From the NCBI GenBank assembly GCA_965140705.1, contig OZ223300.1, positions 928,001 to 992,000 on the forward strand: a DNA stretch of 64,000 nucleotides. Reading direction: 5' to 3'. The notes beneath the pieces are model-generated. The model did no database searches. It was not told the origin of the DNA and worked only from the letters and a program-made list of their open reading frames with translations. The stretch comes from an uncultured Arcobacter sp. (lineage in GTDB: Bacteria; Campylobacterota; Campylobacteria; Campylobacterales; Arcobacteraceae). Made by a program: the position numbers and the translations under genes. Position 1 is the first letter of the stretch; each line of letters begins with the position of its first letter. This document shows, piece by piece, positions 54,610 to 64,000 of the stretch.

Positions 54610-56796
54610 TTATTTGTTGAAAGTTATAATAAAATTTGCTCCAAAATATTCTTTTTCATTATAAATAAAAGCATTATTTTCCACATCTAATTTAAAGTGC
54701 ATATTTTTCTCTAAAATAATTTTTGCCATATATAACCCAATACCTTTTCCTTGACTTTTGTGTTTAGTAGTAAAATAAGGCTCAAAAATGTGTTCCATGA
54801 TATCTTTATTTATACCATTTGCATTATCTTTTATTGATAAAGTGTTTTCAAAAGTTGTAATAAAAATATATTTTTGTTCTTTTCTATTTTCAATTAAAGC
54901 TTCAATAGCATTATTTATTATATTTAGTATGGCTTGTTTGAATTGATTTTTTTGGGCAAATATTTTTATTTTGTCATTAATATTATTTATAATTTCTATA
55001 TGTTCATCTTCTAATTTATTTGTAACTATTTTTATATTTTGATTAATTATATCTTTTAATAAAAACTCTTCTTCTTTTTCATTTTCTTTATAAAATATTC
55101 TAAAGTCTTCTATTGTTTTTGATAAAAAATTTGAGCTTTCAACTATATGAGAACACAAAAAGTTTAAACTTTCATCATCTAAACTATTCATCTCTTTTTT
55201 TAGTAATATTGAGCTAGCTGAAGAGGATATTGCACTAAGAGGTTGTCTCCATTGGTGGGCTATATTATTTATCATTTCTCCCATAGCAAGCATTTTATTG
55301 TGTTGGAAAAGTATTTCATCTTTCTTTTTATTTTTTGATATCTCATTTTCTATTCTTTTTTCAAGTGATTCATTTAAATTTTGTAACTCTTTTGTCTTCT
55401 CTTCAACTAAAAGTTCTAAATTGTCATTTAAGAGTTTTAATTCAGATTTTTGTTTTATGTCTAAAGTTATATCTGTAAGTGTAACTACAATATAAGGTAT
55501 TTTTTCACCACTAAATAAATTTAAATTAACATTTAACAAAAAATGCCTTATTTGTCCATCTTTTTTCATAGCAGCTTTTAAATTACTTTTTGGATTTTCT
55601 AAGATAAATTGTGCCCAATTTTTACCATTATAGTTTTTTTCTATTACATAGTTTACGTCATTGATATCTACAAACATTTCACAAATACATTTGTGTTCCA
55701 ATTTAAATTCTTCGATGGAGTTATATTGATTAAAGAAATTTAAGAATTGTTTATTTGCATTACTTAAAGTCTCTCCATCAGTTAAAATAATAATATTTTG
55801 TTGTGAATCAAGAATTTGTTGCACTTTTTTCTTTTCAATAAGAACTTTTCGTGAAAAAATATAATAGAAAATCAAACTTAAAATCAAAGCTAAAGTAATA
55901 AATAATGAAATAATATTAATTATAAAATTAATTTTATAATTATTTATGTTAGAGATATCTATATCTTTTAAGTCTTTTGAAAAAATAATGTACCCAATAT
56001 TATCTTTTTCAAAATCTTTTATTTTATAAGTACTTATGAACTTATTTTCAATAATTAAATAGCCAGTGGTTTTTAATATCTTTTCTATACCTATTTTTTT
56101 TATTAAATTTATTAAATAAGTCTTTGCATTTAAGTTTGAAACATAATATTGATTTATAAAATTATTAGTAAAAGGATATTTTAAAGTTTTAAAATATTTC
56201 TTATCTGCCAAGATTACACTATTTATATTAGACTTAGCAAGATTTCTTGAAATTGAATTAAAGTGTGTAATAACTTCAAATATTCCAAGAAACTCTTTTT
56301 TGTCGTAGATTGGTATTATTGAGTGAAAAGTCATATCATATCGACCAACAGTAATGGTATTTGTGATTTTTGGATTTTTTAATATATTTCTAATCCCTTT
56401 CCTAAATAATAAACTATCATTCTTATGTTCATTCCAACTTCTATAAAGAGCAGTTCCATTTTTATCTATAAGCATAAACCAAATATTTTTAAAACTTAAA
56501 TTTGAACTAAGTTCTTTAGAAAAATTAGATAAATTTAAATTATGCACATCTTTTGAAATAAATGCATTTCTTATATGCTCATATTTAGATGTTGCAATAG
56601 CTAGGGTTAAAGTAGCTGTTTGTTTATCTTCTATTAAAAAATTAATATCTTTATTTATATGAGTGGAGAGTGCTTTATATTTAGTATCTAATAGTTTTCT
56701 CTCATGATTTTTGAGATAATTAAAAGAGATAAATATAAAAGTAAAAATTATTACAAAAAATAATAATATATAAATTGTTAGGACTTTTTTCTTCAT
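54610..56796 (-). CDS. Orphan sensor histidine kinase (Cache-like periplasmic + PAS-like + HisKA/HATPase)
   Basis: Two TM helices, IAHQWRQPL H-box, NIINNA, DNANG, FEPYFTTK, GIGL. Confidence 0.92.
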   Translation of the reverse strand: MKKKVLTIYILLFFVIIFTFIFISFNYLKNHERKLLDTKYKALSTHINKDINFLIEDKQTATLTLAIATSKYEHIRNAFISKDVHNLNLSNFSKELSSNLSFKNIWFMLIDKNGTALYRSWNEHKNDSLLFRKGIRNILKNPKITNTITVGRYDMTFHSIIPIYDKKEFLGIFEVITHFNSISRNLAKSNINSVILADKKYFKTLKYPFTNNFINQYYVSNLNAKTYLINLIKKIGIEKILKTTGYLIIENKFISTYKIKDFEKDNIGYIIFSKDLKDIDISNINNYKINFIINIISLFITLALILSLIFYYIFSRKVLIEKKKVQQILDSQQNIIILTDGETLSNANKQFLNFFNQYNSIEEFKLEHKCICEMFVDINDVNYVIEKNYNGKNWAQFILENPKSNLKAAMKKDGQIRHFLLNVNLNLFSGEKIPYIVVTLTDITLDIKQKSELKLLNDNLELLVEEKTKELQNLNESLEKRIENEISKNKKKDEILFQHNKMLAMGEMINNIAHQWRQPLSAISSSASSILLKKEMNSLDDESLNFLCSHIVESSNFLSKTIEDFRIFYKENEKEEEFLLKDIINQNIKIVTNKLEDEHIEIINNINDKIKIFAQKNQFKQAILNIINNAIEALIENRKEQKYIFITTFENTLSIKDNANGINKDIMEHIFEPYFTTKHKSQGKGIGLYMAKIILEKNMHFKLDVENNAFIYNEKEYFGANFIITFNK

Positions 56797-56863
56797 ACAT
56801 TTATTATATCTTTTCTTATATAAAATATTAGTGGAAATATTTATTTGAAAATTTATTTTTTTT

Positions 56864-56872
56864 TGCTACAAT
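56864..56872 (+). promoter_or_regulatory. Extended -10 of probable leaderless ispG
   Basis: TGCTACAAT 6 nt before the ATG, no SD. Confidence 0.6.
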
Positions 56873-56878
56873 CCTCCC

Positions 56879-57943
56879 ATGATAAAAAGATACCCTACAA
56901 AAAAAATATTCGTTGGTAATGTTGCTATTGGTGGTGATGCACCAATCTCTGTACAATCAATGACTTATACAAAAACATCAGATATACAAGCCACTGTTGA
57001 GCAAATAAAACTATTGCATTTTGCAGGGGCAGATATTGTAAGATTAGCTGTTCCTGATATGGAAGCAGCACTTGCACTAAAAAGTATAAAAGAACAAACT
57101 TCTTTACCTTTGGTTGCAGATATTCATTTTAATTATAAATTAGCTTTGATTGCTGCTGAATCTGTGGATTGCATAAGATTAAATCCTGGAAATATTGGTA
57201 GTAAAGACAGAGTAAAAGAAGTAGTAAAAGCTTGTCAAAATAGAAACTTACCAATAAGAATTGGAGTTAATTGTGGCTCATTGGAAAAAGAGTTTGAAAA
57301 TAAGTATGGGCAAACTCCTGAGGGTATGGTTGCAAGTGCTGATTATAATATCAAGTTCTTAGAAGACTTAGGTTTTACAGATATAAAAGTATCATTAAAA
57401 GCTAGTGATGTTCAAAGAACTGTTCAGGCATATAGAGATTTAAGACCGATGAATAATTATCCTTTTCATTTAGGAGTTACAGAAGCTGGGACACTATTTC
57501 ACTCAACAATAAAATCTTCAATTGCATTAGGTAGTTTATTACTTGATGGTATTGGAGATACTATGCGTATTTCTATCACTGGTGAGTTAGAAAAAGAAAT
57601 AGAAGTAGGGCGAGCAATTTTAAAAGATGCAGGTCTTACAAAAGAGGGATTAAATATTATCTCTTGTCCAACTTGTGGAAGAATAGAAGCTGATTTAGTA
57701 ACAGCTGTAGCCCAAGTGGAAGAGAGAACAAAACATATAAGAACTCCGCTAAATGTTTCAGTTATGGGATGTGTAGTAAATGCTTTAGGTGAAGCAAAAA
57801 GTGCAGATGTTGCAATTGCCTATGGAAAAGGTAGTGGTTTGATTATTAAAAAAGGTGAAACCATAGCTAAACTTCCGACAGAAGAACTTCTTGAGAGGTT
57901 TTTAGAAGAAGTTGAAAAAGAAGTAGAAAATCAAAAAGAGTAA
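56879..57943 (+). CDS. ispG: HMBPP synthase
   Basis: [37 protein letters not shown]. Confidence 0.97.
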   Translation: MIKRYPTKKIFVGNVAIGGDAPISVQSMTYTKTSDIQATVEQIKLLHFAGADIVRLAVPDMEAALALKSIKEQTSLPLVADIHFNYKLALIAAESVDCIRLNPGNIGSKDRVKEVVKACQNRNLPIRIGVNCGSLEKEFENKYGQTPEGMVASADYNIKFLEDLGFTDIKVSLKASDVQRTVQAYRDLRPMNNYPFHLGVTEAGTLFHSTIKSSIALGSLLLDGIGDTMRISITGELEKEIEVGRAILKDAGLTKEGLNIISCPTCGRIEADLVTAVAQVEERTKHIRTPLNVSVMGCVVNALGEAKSADVAIAYGKGSGLIIKKGETIAKLPTEELLERFLEEVEKEVENQKE

Positions 57944-58000
57944 ATTAACAAAATAATAATCTATTCTTAGCTAGAATATTATCCTTTAATTGGAGAAATA

Positions 58001-59440
58001 ATGGATAGTATTTATAGTTTAAACATAGAAAGAGCGGTATTAAGTTCGATTTTATTTAATCCCGATGAAATAGAGGATGTTTTAGGTATTTTAAAACCAA
58101 AAGATTTCTATCTTCCTGCTCATCAGAAAATTTTTGCAGTTATGGAAAAACTCCATAATGAAGATATGCCAATAGATGAAGAATTTATTAGAAGAAGAGT
58201 AAATTCAAAAGATGTTGATGATGATATTTTAATAGAAATCCTTTCTGCAAACCCAATCACAAATACTTTAGCATATACAAAAGAGATAAAAGATGCAAGT
58301 GTAAAAAGAGAACTTGCAACTTTAGCAACTACAATAAAAAAAGTTGCGATTGAAGATGATATTGCAGCAACAGAAGCTGTGGATACAGTACAAAATGCCC
58401 TTTATAAAATTACTACTGATTCAGCCTCAACAGAACTTAAAGATATACATGTAATCACGGATGACACTTTATCATACATAAAAAGAATGAAAGAACTTGG
58501 TGGAAAACATCTTATTGGTGAAACAACAGGTTTTTATGAATTGGATAAAAGAACAACAGGTTTTAATGATGGAGATTTAATTATTATTGCAGCTAGGCCA
58601 GCTATGGGAAAAACAGCTCTAGTTTTAAATATGGCACTAAAAAATGTTGAAGCAAATAAAGGGGTGATTTTTTTCTCACTTGAAATGCCAGCAGAACAAC
58701 TTATGTTAAGAATGCTAGCTGCTAAGACTTCAATCCCTTTGCAAAATCTTAGAAAAGGTGATTTAGATGATTCTCAATGGTCAAATCTAAGTGCTGCTTT
58801 TGAGGATTTAAATAAAAAAAGGCTTTTTGTTGATGATGGTGGAAGTGTAAATATTAACCAACTTAGAGCGAGGGTGAGAAAACTAGCTCAGAATAAAGAC
58901 AATAATATATCTATGGTAATCATTGATTATTTACAACTTATGCAAGGAACTGGAAATAAAGATAGACATCAAGAGGTTTCTGATATAAGTAGGGGGCTTA
59001 AAATGTTAGCAAGGGAGATGAAAATTCCAATTATTGCACTATCTCAGCTAAATAGGGGACTTGAAAATAGACCTGATAAACGTCCTATGTTAAGTGATTT
59101 AAGGGAATCTGGAGCTATTGAGCAAGATGCCGATATTATAATGTTTGTATATAGAGATGATGTATATAAAGAAAGAGATGAAGCTAGAAAAGAAAAAGAA
59201 GCAAAAGATAAAGGGGAAGATTATAAATCAACCTTTACAAATAAGCCAGTGGAAGAGGCTGAAGTAATTATTGGTAAACAAAGAAACGGACCAATTGGAA
59301 CAGTAAAACTTGATTTCCACAAAGCTTTAACTAAATTTGTCGATAAAGAACATAGGGGTGAAGCACCTATTGAAGTTGTATTTGAAACAGTTGCTGATAC
59401 ACAAAAAGAGACAAATATTGATATTCCAAATATACTTTAA
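58001..59440 (+). CDS. dnaB: Replicative DNA helicase
   Basis: AARPAMGKT, FSLEM, IDYLQL, SDLRESGAIEQDAD; charged helical insertion as in H. pylori DnaB. Confidence 0.98.
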   Translation: MDSIYSLNIERAVLSSILFNPDEIEDVLGILKPKDFYLPAHQKIFAVMEKLHNEDMPIDEEFIRRRVNSKDVDDDILIEILSANPITNTLAYTKEIKDASVKRELATLATTIKKVAIEDDIAATEAVDTVQNALYKITTDSASTELKDIHVITDDTLSYIKRMKELGGKHLIGETTGFYELDKRTTGFNDGDLIIIAARPAMGKTALVLNMALKNVEANKGVIFFSLEMPAEQLMLRMLAAKTSIPLQNLRKGDLDDSQWSNLSAAFEDLNKKRLFVDDGGSVNINQLRARVRKLAQNKDNNISMVIIDYLQLMQGTGNKDRHQEVSDISRGLKMLAREMKIPIIALSQLNRGLENRPDKRPMLSDLRESGAIEQDADIIMFVYRDDVYKERDEARKEKEAKDKGEDYKSTFTNKPVEEAEVIIGKQRNGPIGTVKLDFHKALTKFVDKEHRGEAPIEVVFETVADTQKETNIDIPNIL

Positions 59441-59449
59441 GGAAAAACT

Positions 59450-60199
59450 TTGTTGGAACAAATAAATTTAAATGATATAAAAGATATTGCCCTAAAAGCT
59501 GGTCTTGTGATAATGGAAATTTATAATAAAGATTTTGAAGTGGAGTATAAAGAAGACAACTCTCCACTTACTGAAGCTGATATAAAGTCAAATGAAATTA
59601 TTTGTAATAGTTTAATAAATTTATATCCAAATATTCCAATTATGTCTGAAGAGAATAAACAAATAGATTATGAAGAGAGAAAAGATTGGGATTATTATTG
59701 GTGCATTGATCCAATAGATGGAACAAAAGAGTTTGTTAAAAAAAATGGTGAGTTTACTGTAAATATCGCCTTAGTGCATAACCAAGAACCAGTTTTAGGA
59801 GTAGTTTATGCACCTGCAATTGATATTATGTATAGTGCAAAAAAAGGTGTAGGTGCATTTAAAAACAAACAAAAACTACCTATAAATAGAGATGATGAAA
59901 AATATATCATAGTTGCTAGTAAATCTCATATGTCAGATGAAACACAAACGTATATAGATAATATAAAAACAGTAAAAGAAAAAGTGATGATTTCTATGGG
60001 AAGTTCATTAAAACTGTGTTTAGTAGCAGATAGTAGTGCTGATTGTTATCCAAGGGTTGCGCCAACTATGGAATGGGATACAGCAGCAGCAGATGCAGTT
60101 GTAAGATGTGCAGGAAAAATGACTTATAATTTAGAAGTAGAAGAACCACTAATTTACAACAAAAAGGATTTATTGAATCCAAATTTTGTGGTTAAATAA
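59450..60199 (+). CDS. cysQ: 3'(2'),5'-bisphosphate nucleotidase
   Basis: SPLTEAD, SEE, IDPIDGTKEF, GSSLK, MEWDTAA. Confidence 0.95.
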   Translation: MLEQINLNDIKDIALKAGLVIMEIYNKDFEVEYKEDNSPLTEADIKSNEIICNSLINLYPNIPIMSEENKQIDYEERKDWDYYWCIDPIDGTKEFVKKNGEFTVNIALVHNQEPVLGVVYAPAIDIMYSAKKGVGAFKNKQKLPINRDDEKYIIVASKSHMSDETQTYIDNIKTVKEKVMISMGSSLKLCLVADSSADCYPRVAPTMEWDTAAADAVVRCAGKMTYNLEVEEPLIYNKKDLLNPNFVVK

Positions 60200-60226
60200 T
60201 ATATAATAAGTTATAAAGGAGTTAAA

Positions 60227-60949
60227 ATGAAATATGAATTTTTTAATGATTTTGATTTTATACCATATGAATTGGCAATAAAATTTGATTATAGATTAGA
60301 AAATGTAATTAAAAAATTAGAAAATTTTTTTAAAAATGCAAAAATTGACTCCTTTGAAGATGAATTTGTTGAGTTTTATTTAGCAGGATCATGTATAAAA
60401 GCTGATACTTTTAGAGATATTGATATATTTTTATTTACAAAAGATAAATTAAAAAGAGTGTGTGCCAATTTAGATAAAAAATATTTTTTATATGAAAACA
60501 ACTCAAACACTTATCTTTATGATACTGATTTGATTCAAATAGTTTATAGGGAAAGGTTTTTAGATAAAGATTTAAAATTTATTGTGGATATATTTGACTT
60601 TCATTCGACGAAAATAGGCTTTAAATGTGTTTTAGATACTAAAAATTTTGAAATAATAGTTAATGAAGCTGATGTTAGAGAAGATTTTGTTAATTATGTG
60701 CTTACTAAAAAAAATGGTCTGACAAGGGTTAATATAAATCCTTTTGTAACTCTTCAGCGGGCAATTCATTTTTTAAAAAGGGGTGATGATGTTCCTTTTT
60801 ATGTATTTTTAGAAATTTTTTCAAAAATATCATTGATAGAAAAAGATGAACCAAAAGAAAAATATTTTGATAGATTACAAGGTGATGAAGAAAAAGTAAA
60901 AGAAGTAAAAGATGCTATTTATAAATATTTATCATTTAAGAATAATTAA
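60227..60949 (+). CDS. Hypothetical protein, polymerase-beta-superfamily nucleotidyltransferase-like
   Basis: AAGGAG SD; YLAGSC...RDIDIF, IQIV, FDFHSTKIG, NPFVTLQRAIHF. Confidence 0.65.
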   Translation: MKYEFFNDFDFIPYELAIKFDYRLENVIKKLENFFKNAKIDSFEDEFVEFYLAGSCIKADTFRDIDIFLFTKDKLKRVCANLDKKYFLYENNSNTYLYDTDLIQIVYRERFLDKDLKFIVDIFDFHSTKIGFKCVLDTKNFEIIVNEADVREDFVNYVLTKKNGLTRVNINPFVTLQRAIHFLKRGDDVPFYVFLEIFSKISLIEKDEPKEKYFDRLQGDEEKVKEVKDAIYKYLSFKNN

Positions 60950-61014
60950 AAAGTAATTAAAAAACAATTAAAAAATTTAATGTTATAATTTATTTTTTAT
61001 TAAAAAGGTAAAAC

Positions 61015-61410
61015 ATGGTAAATACAAAAGCCTTTTCATTGCTTGAATTGATTTTTGCAATAGTAATTATAGGAATAATTTCAACTGTAGCTGTTCCAAA
61101 GCTTTTAGATACAAAAGATAATGCTGAAGCTGCAATTGTCCAAAAAGATATATCTACGATAATATCATCAGTTAGAGCATATTATATGGTAAATGATAAA
61201 TTAGATAATTTTGATGAAGCTTTAACTTTGAATCCAAGCACTTGGAATATAGAGGGTACAACTGCTACTTTTGAAGATGATAATAAATCTTGTGTAACTG
61301 TAAACATAGAGAATAAAAAGTTAAATTTAATCATAAATGATGAAAATAGTGGAGATGTTTGCAAAAAAATAATAGCTTCTGGACTCTCTTCTACTGAATA
61401 TGATTTATAA
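61015..61410 (+). CDS. Type IV pilin/pseudopilin-like protein
   Basis: KAFSLLELIFAIVIIGII prepilin N-terminus. Confidence 0.9.
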   Translation: MVNTKAFSLLELIFAIVIIGIISTVAVPKLLDTKDNAEAAIVQKDISTIISSVRAYYMVNDKLDNFDEALTLNPSTWNIEGTTATFEDDNKSCVTVNIENKKLNLIINDENSGDVCKKIIASGLSSTEYDL

Positions 61411-61417
61411 TAGGAAT

Positions 61418-61951
61418 ATGATGCAAAAAGCAATTTTTTTAGATAGAGATGGCGTTATAAATGTTGAAAAGAACTATTTATACAAGGCTGAAGACTTTGA
61501 GTTTATAGATGGTGTTTTTGATACTTTGAAGTATCTACAAGATAATGATTATAAACTTTTTATTATCACAAACCAATCAGGTATTGGAAGAGGATATTAT
61601 ACAAAAGAGGATTTTGAAAAACTAACTTTATGGATGTTAAAAGAGTTTGAAAAAAAAGAGATTATTATCTCCCAAGTAGAATTTTGTCCTCATGCTCCAA
61701 CGCAAGAGTGCAATTGCAGAAAACCAAAAACAGGAATGATAGATAATATACTAAAAAATCATAAAATTGATTTGGAAAATTCTTGGTTAATAGGAGACAA
61801 AGAATCAGATATCTTATGTGCAAAAAATGCTAGTATTAAAAATACTATTCAAGTAAAAACAGGACATAATTTCGATGAAAAAAATAGTTTGGCAAATTTT
61901 GTTTGTGATTCAATAAAAGAGATAAAAGAAATAATTATTCCTTCTTTCTGA
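61418..61951 (+). CDS. gmhB: D,D-heptose 1,7-bisphosphate phosphatase
   Basis: FLDRDGVIN, TNQSGIGRG, CPH...CNCRKP, IGD. Confidence 0.95.
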   Translation: MMQKAIFLDRDGVINVEKNYLYKAEDFEFIDGVFDTLKYLQDNDYKLFIITNQSGIGRGYYTKEDFEKLTLWMLKEFEKKEIIISQVEFCPHAPTQECNCRKPKTGMIDNILKNHKIDLENSWLIGDKESDILCAKNASIKNTIQVKTGHNFDEKNSLANFVCDSIKEIKEIIIPSF

Positions 61952-62732
61952 TCCTTAAAAATGAAGCAAATTTTGGTTTACCTTTTTTTGTTAAATCATA
62001 GTATTTAAATGTAATTTGTTCTCCTACTTTTGGTGGATTTAATCTCTCTTTATCACTAAATCCATTACCAAGATTAAAAGTAATTCCATTATTTAATTTT
62101 ATAGTTAAACTTTTCATTTTTTTATTATTGTAGTTTATTTTTTGAACAATTCCTTCTTCATCATAAAACTTTTTTACTTTAAGTGAATTTACACTTCTTC
62201 TGTTTATATATTCAAGGTTTGGATTTTTTATTATTACCCCTTCACCTTTCAATAGAACAATCTTTTCCAAAAAATCATCTAACTCTTTTTTATTTTTACA
62301 TTTTATTTGTTTGATTATATGAACTTTTGGATTTGGATTTTTATCAAACCAATTTTTAACTTTTTCTAGACGTTTGTAAAAATTGCCTTTGGCATTTGGG
62401 GCTTCAAAAATATTATATGTTATTTCATTCCATTTTGAACTTGGAGTTTTATCTAAAACTATGCTTTGAATGTTTTCAAAATCATCTCTTTTACTCCAAA
62501 GTTCACCATCAAGTTCAAAGGGTGGAAAATTATGTGTAAAAGAACTTGGTACAAATATTTTATTTCCATTTTTTGTGTATAAAAATTTCCCATCCCAATA
62601 GGCTCTTATTCCATCTAGTTTTTCACTCATAAGCCAGTTTTTTATATCTTGATTTTTGTAAATTCTTGGTTTTTCTAAATTTAGACTAAAGAGATTTGAG
62701 ATAAGAAATATTAGTATAATGAAATTTTTCAT
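61935..62732 (-). CDS. Minimal ATP-dependent DNA ligase with signal peptide (Lig E type)
   Basis: Signal peptide, SEKLDGIRAYWDG, LDGELW, GEGV, LKVK, OB domain ending PKFASFLRIR. Confidence 0.9.
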   Translation of the reverse strand: MKNFIILIFLISNLFSLNLEKPRIYKNQDIKNWLMSEKLDGIRAYWDGKFLYTKNGNKIFVPSSFTHNFPPFELDGELWSKRDDFENIQSIVLDKTPSSKWNEITYNIFEAPNAKGNFYKRLEKVKNWFDKNPNPKVHIIKQIKCKNKKELDDFLEKIVLLKGEGVIIKNPNLEYINRRSVNSLKVKKFYDEEGIVQKINYNNKKMKSLTIKLNNGITFNLGNGFSDKERLNPPKVGEQITFKYYDLTKKGKPKFASFLRIRKKE

Positions 62733-62843
62733 ACAAACTCCAAAGATAATATTAAAAATTATATTTTAAATTATCTGATTTTATTATAAAACCGTAACTT
62801 AATTTTCGATAGAATAAAGCCCATTTATGTAAAGTAGGTAAAT

Positions 62844-63854
62844 ATGAAATATACAGAATATGATTTTAATGAAAAAACAATTTTAATTACAGGGGCTGCA
62901 GGATTTATTGGCTCAAACCTATGTTTTTATTTTCAAAATAATTATCCAATGGCAAAGATTATTGCTTTAGATTCATTTAGAAGTGGTGAAACCCTAAGTA
63001 ATGGTAACTTAAAGTCTTTTGGACACTATAAAAACTTGTTAGGATTTAAAGGAACAGTTATTAGTGGGGATATTAATGATAAAGAGTTATTAAATCAAAT
63101 TGATGAAGATTATGATTTTGATTTTATTTTCCATGAAGCTGCTATTTCAGATACGACAGCAAGTGAACAAGACTTGATGGTAAAAACAAATGTTAATGCA
63201 TATGAGGATTTACTAAAAATGGCAATAAATCATAATGCAAATATGATTTATGCAAGTAGTGCAGCAACATATGGAGATGCAGCATCTCCCCAAACAGTTG
63301 GAAATGAAAATCCAGGAAATGTTTATGGCTTTTCAAAACTTATGATGGATAATATTACTTATGATTATTTAAAAAAAGATTTAGATATTTCTATTGTGGG
63401 ATTAAGATACTTTAATGTTTATGGTCCAAGGGAGTTTTATAAAAATAAAACAGCTTCAACTGTAATCCAATTTGGACATCAAATATTAGCTGGTAATACA
63501 CCAAAATTATTTGAAGGAAGTGATAAAATACTTAGGGATTTTATTTATATAGAAGATGTAATTCAAGCGAATATAAAAGCAGCAACTCCTAAAAAAAGTG
63601 GAGTTTATAATGTGGGAACTGGAAAAGCTAGATCTTTCCAAGATATAGCAGATATTTTACAAAAAGAGCTAGGTACAAATTTAGGGACAAACTATATCCC
63701 AAATCCATATATTGGACAATATCAATTCCATACGGAAGCTAATATTGAAGATACAAAAACTTATTTAGATTATTCTCCAAGATATGAAATGGAAGATGGA
63801 ATAAAAGATTATATTTCTGAGATAAAAAGAATTTATGAGGTGGAAGTTAAATAA
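62844..63854 (+). CDS. hldD: ADP-L-glycero-D-manno-heptose 6-epimerase
   Basis: ITGAAGFIGS, YASSAATYG, YGFSK, LRYFNVYGPRE. Confidence 0.95.
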   Translation: MKYTEYDFNEKTILITGAAGFIGSNLCFYFQNNYPMAKIIALDSFRSGETLSNGNLKSFGHYKNLLGFKGTVISGDINDKELLNQIDEDYDFDFIFHEAAISDTTASEQDLMVKTNVNAYEDLLKMAINHNANMIYASSAATYGDAASPQTVGNENPGNVYGFSKLMMDNITYDYLKKDLDISIVGLRYFNVYGPREFYKNKTASTVIQFGHQILAGNTPKLFEGSDKILRDFIYIEDVIQANIKAATPKKSGVYNVGTGKARSFQDIADILQKELGTNLGTNYIPNPYIGQYQFHTEANIEDTKTYLDYSPRYEMEDGIKDYISEIKRIYEVEVK

Positions 63855-64000
63855 TGGAAAGAATTTTACAAAATGAAAAAAAACCAAATATATTAGTTAT
63901 TGGTGATTTAATGGTTGACCATTATCTATGGGGAACTTGTGATCGAATTTCACCTGAAGCTCCTGTCCAAATTATTGATGTACAAAATGAGACAAAAGTG
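63854..64000 (+). CDS. hldE: Bifunctional heptose kinase/adenylyltransferase (5' part only)
   Basis: MERILQ...ILVIGDLMVDHYLWGTCDRISPEAPV; TAATG overlap with hldD. Confidence 0.92.
   Translation, partial: MERILQNEKKPNILVIGDLMVDHYLWGTCDRISPEAPVQIIDVQNETKV

Noticed and set aside
59160..59250. Charged insertion in the DnaB C-terminal domain as a possible intein or novel insert
   Set aside because: Too short, no intein motifs; matches the known Campylobacterota helical insertion

Overview
AT-rich chromosomal segment of a Campylobacterota bacterium, most likely Arcobacteraceae (inferred from gene order such as pyrH-rpoZ-spoT-tyrS-fabX-amiA and from protein sequence style). It is mostly housekeeping genes. 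No rRNA, tRNA, CRISPR array, prophage or transposase was recognised. Accessory or unusual content: (1) sufB divergent from nifS-nifU, with two IscR/Rrf2-like 25-bp boxes and a sigma54-type promoter between them; (2) a ~12.7-kb glycerol-utilisation cluster (Rhizobium-type glpSTPQUV ABC transporter, glpK, glpD, an aldehyde dehydrogenase) next to two tandem GntR/UTRA paralogues, with a candidate operator repeated at its promoters; (3) two conserved genes, uvrB and amiA, that appear to start at non-canonical codons (ATA, ATT); (4) several probable leaderless genes; (5) a 141-bp RPE-like palindromic element at the uvrB 3' end; (6) an uncalled 38-aa membrane peptide coupled to a double-HD protein; (7) a stand-alone DUF2156 + GNAT pair; (8) a short, divergent CCA/poly(A)-polymerase-like nucleotidyltransferase. 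All calls are from reading the sequence and recalled family motifs; no database searches were run.
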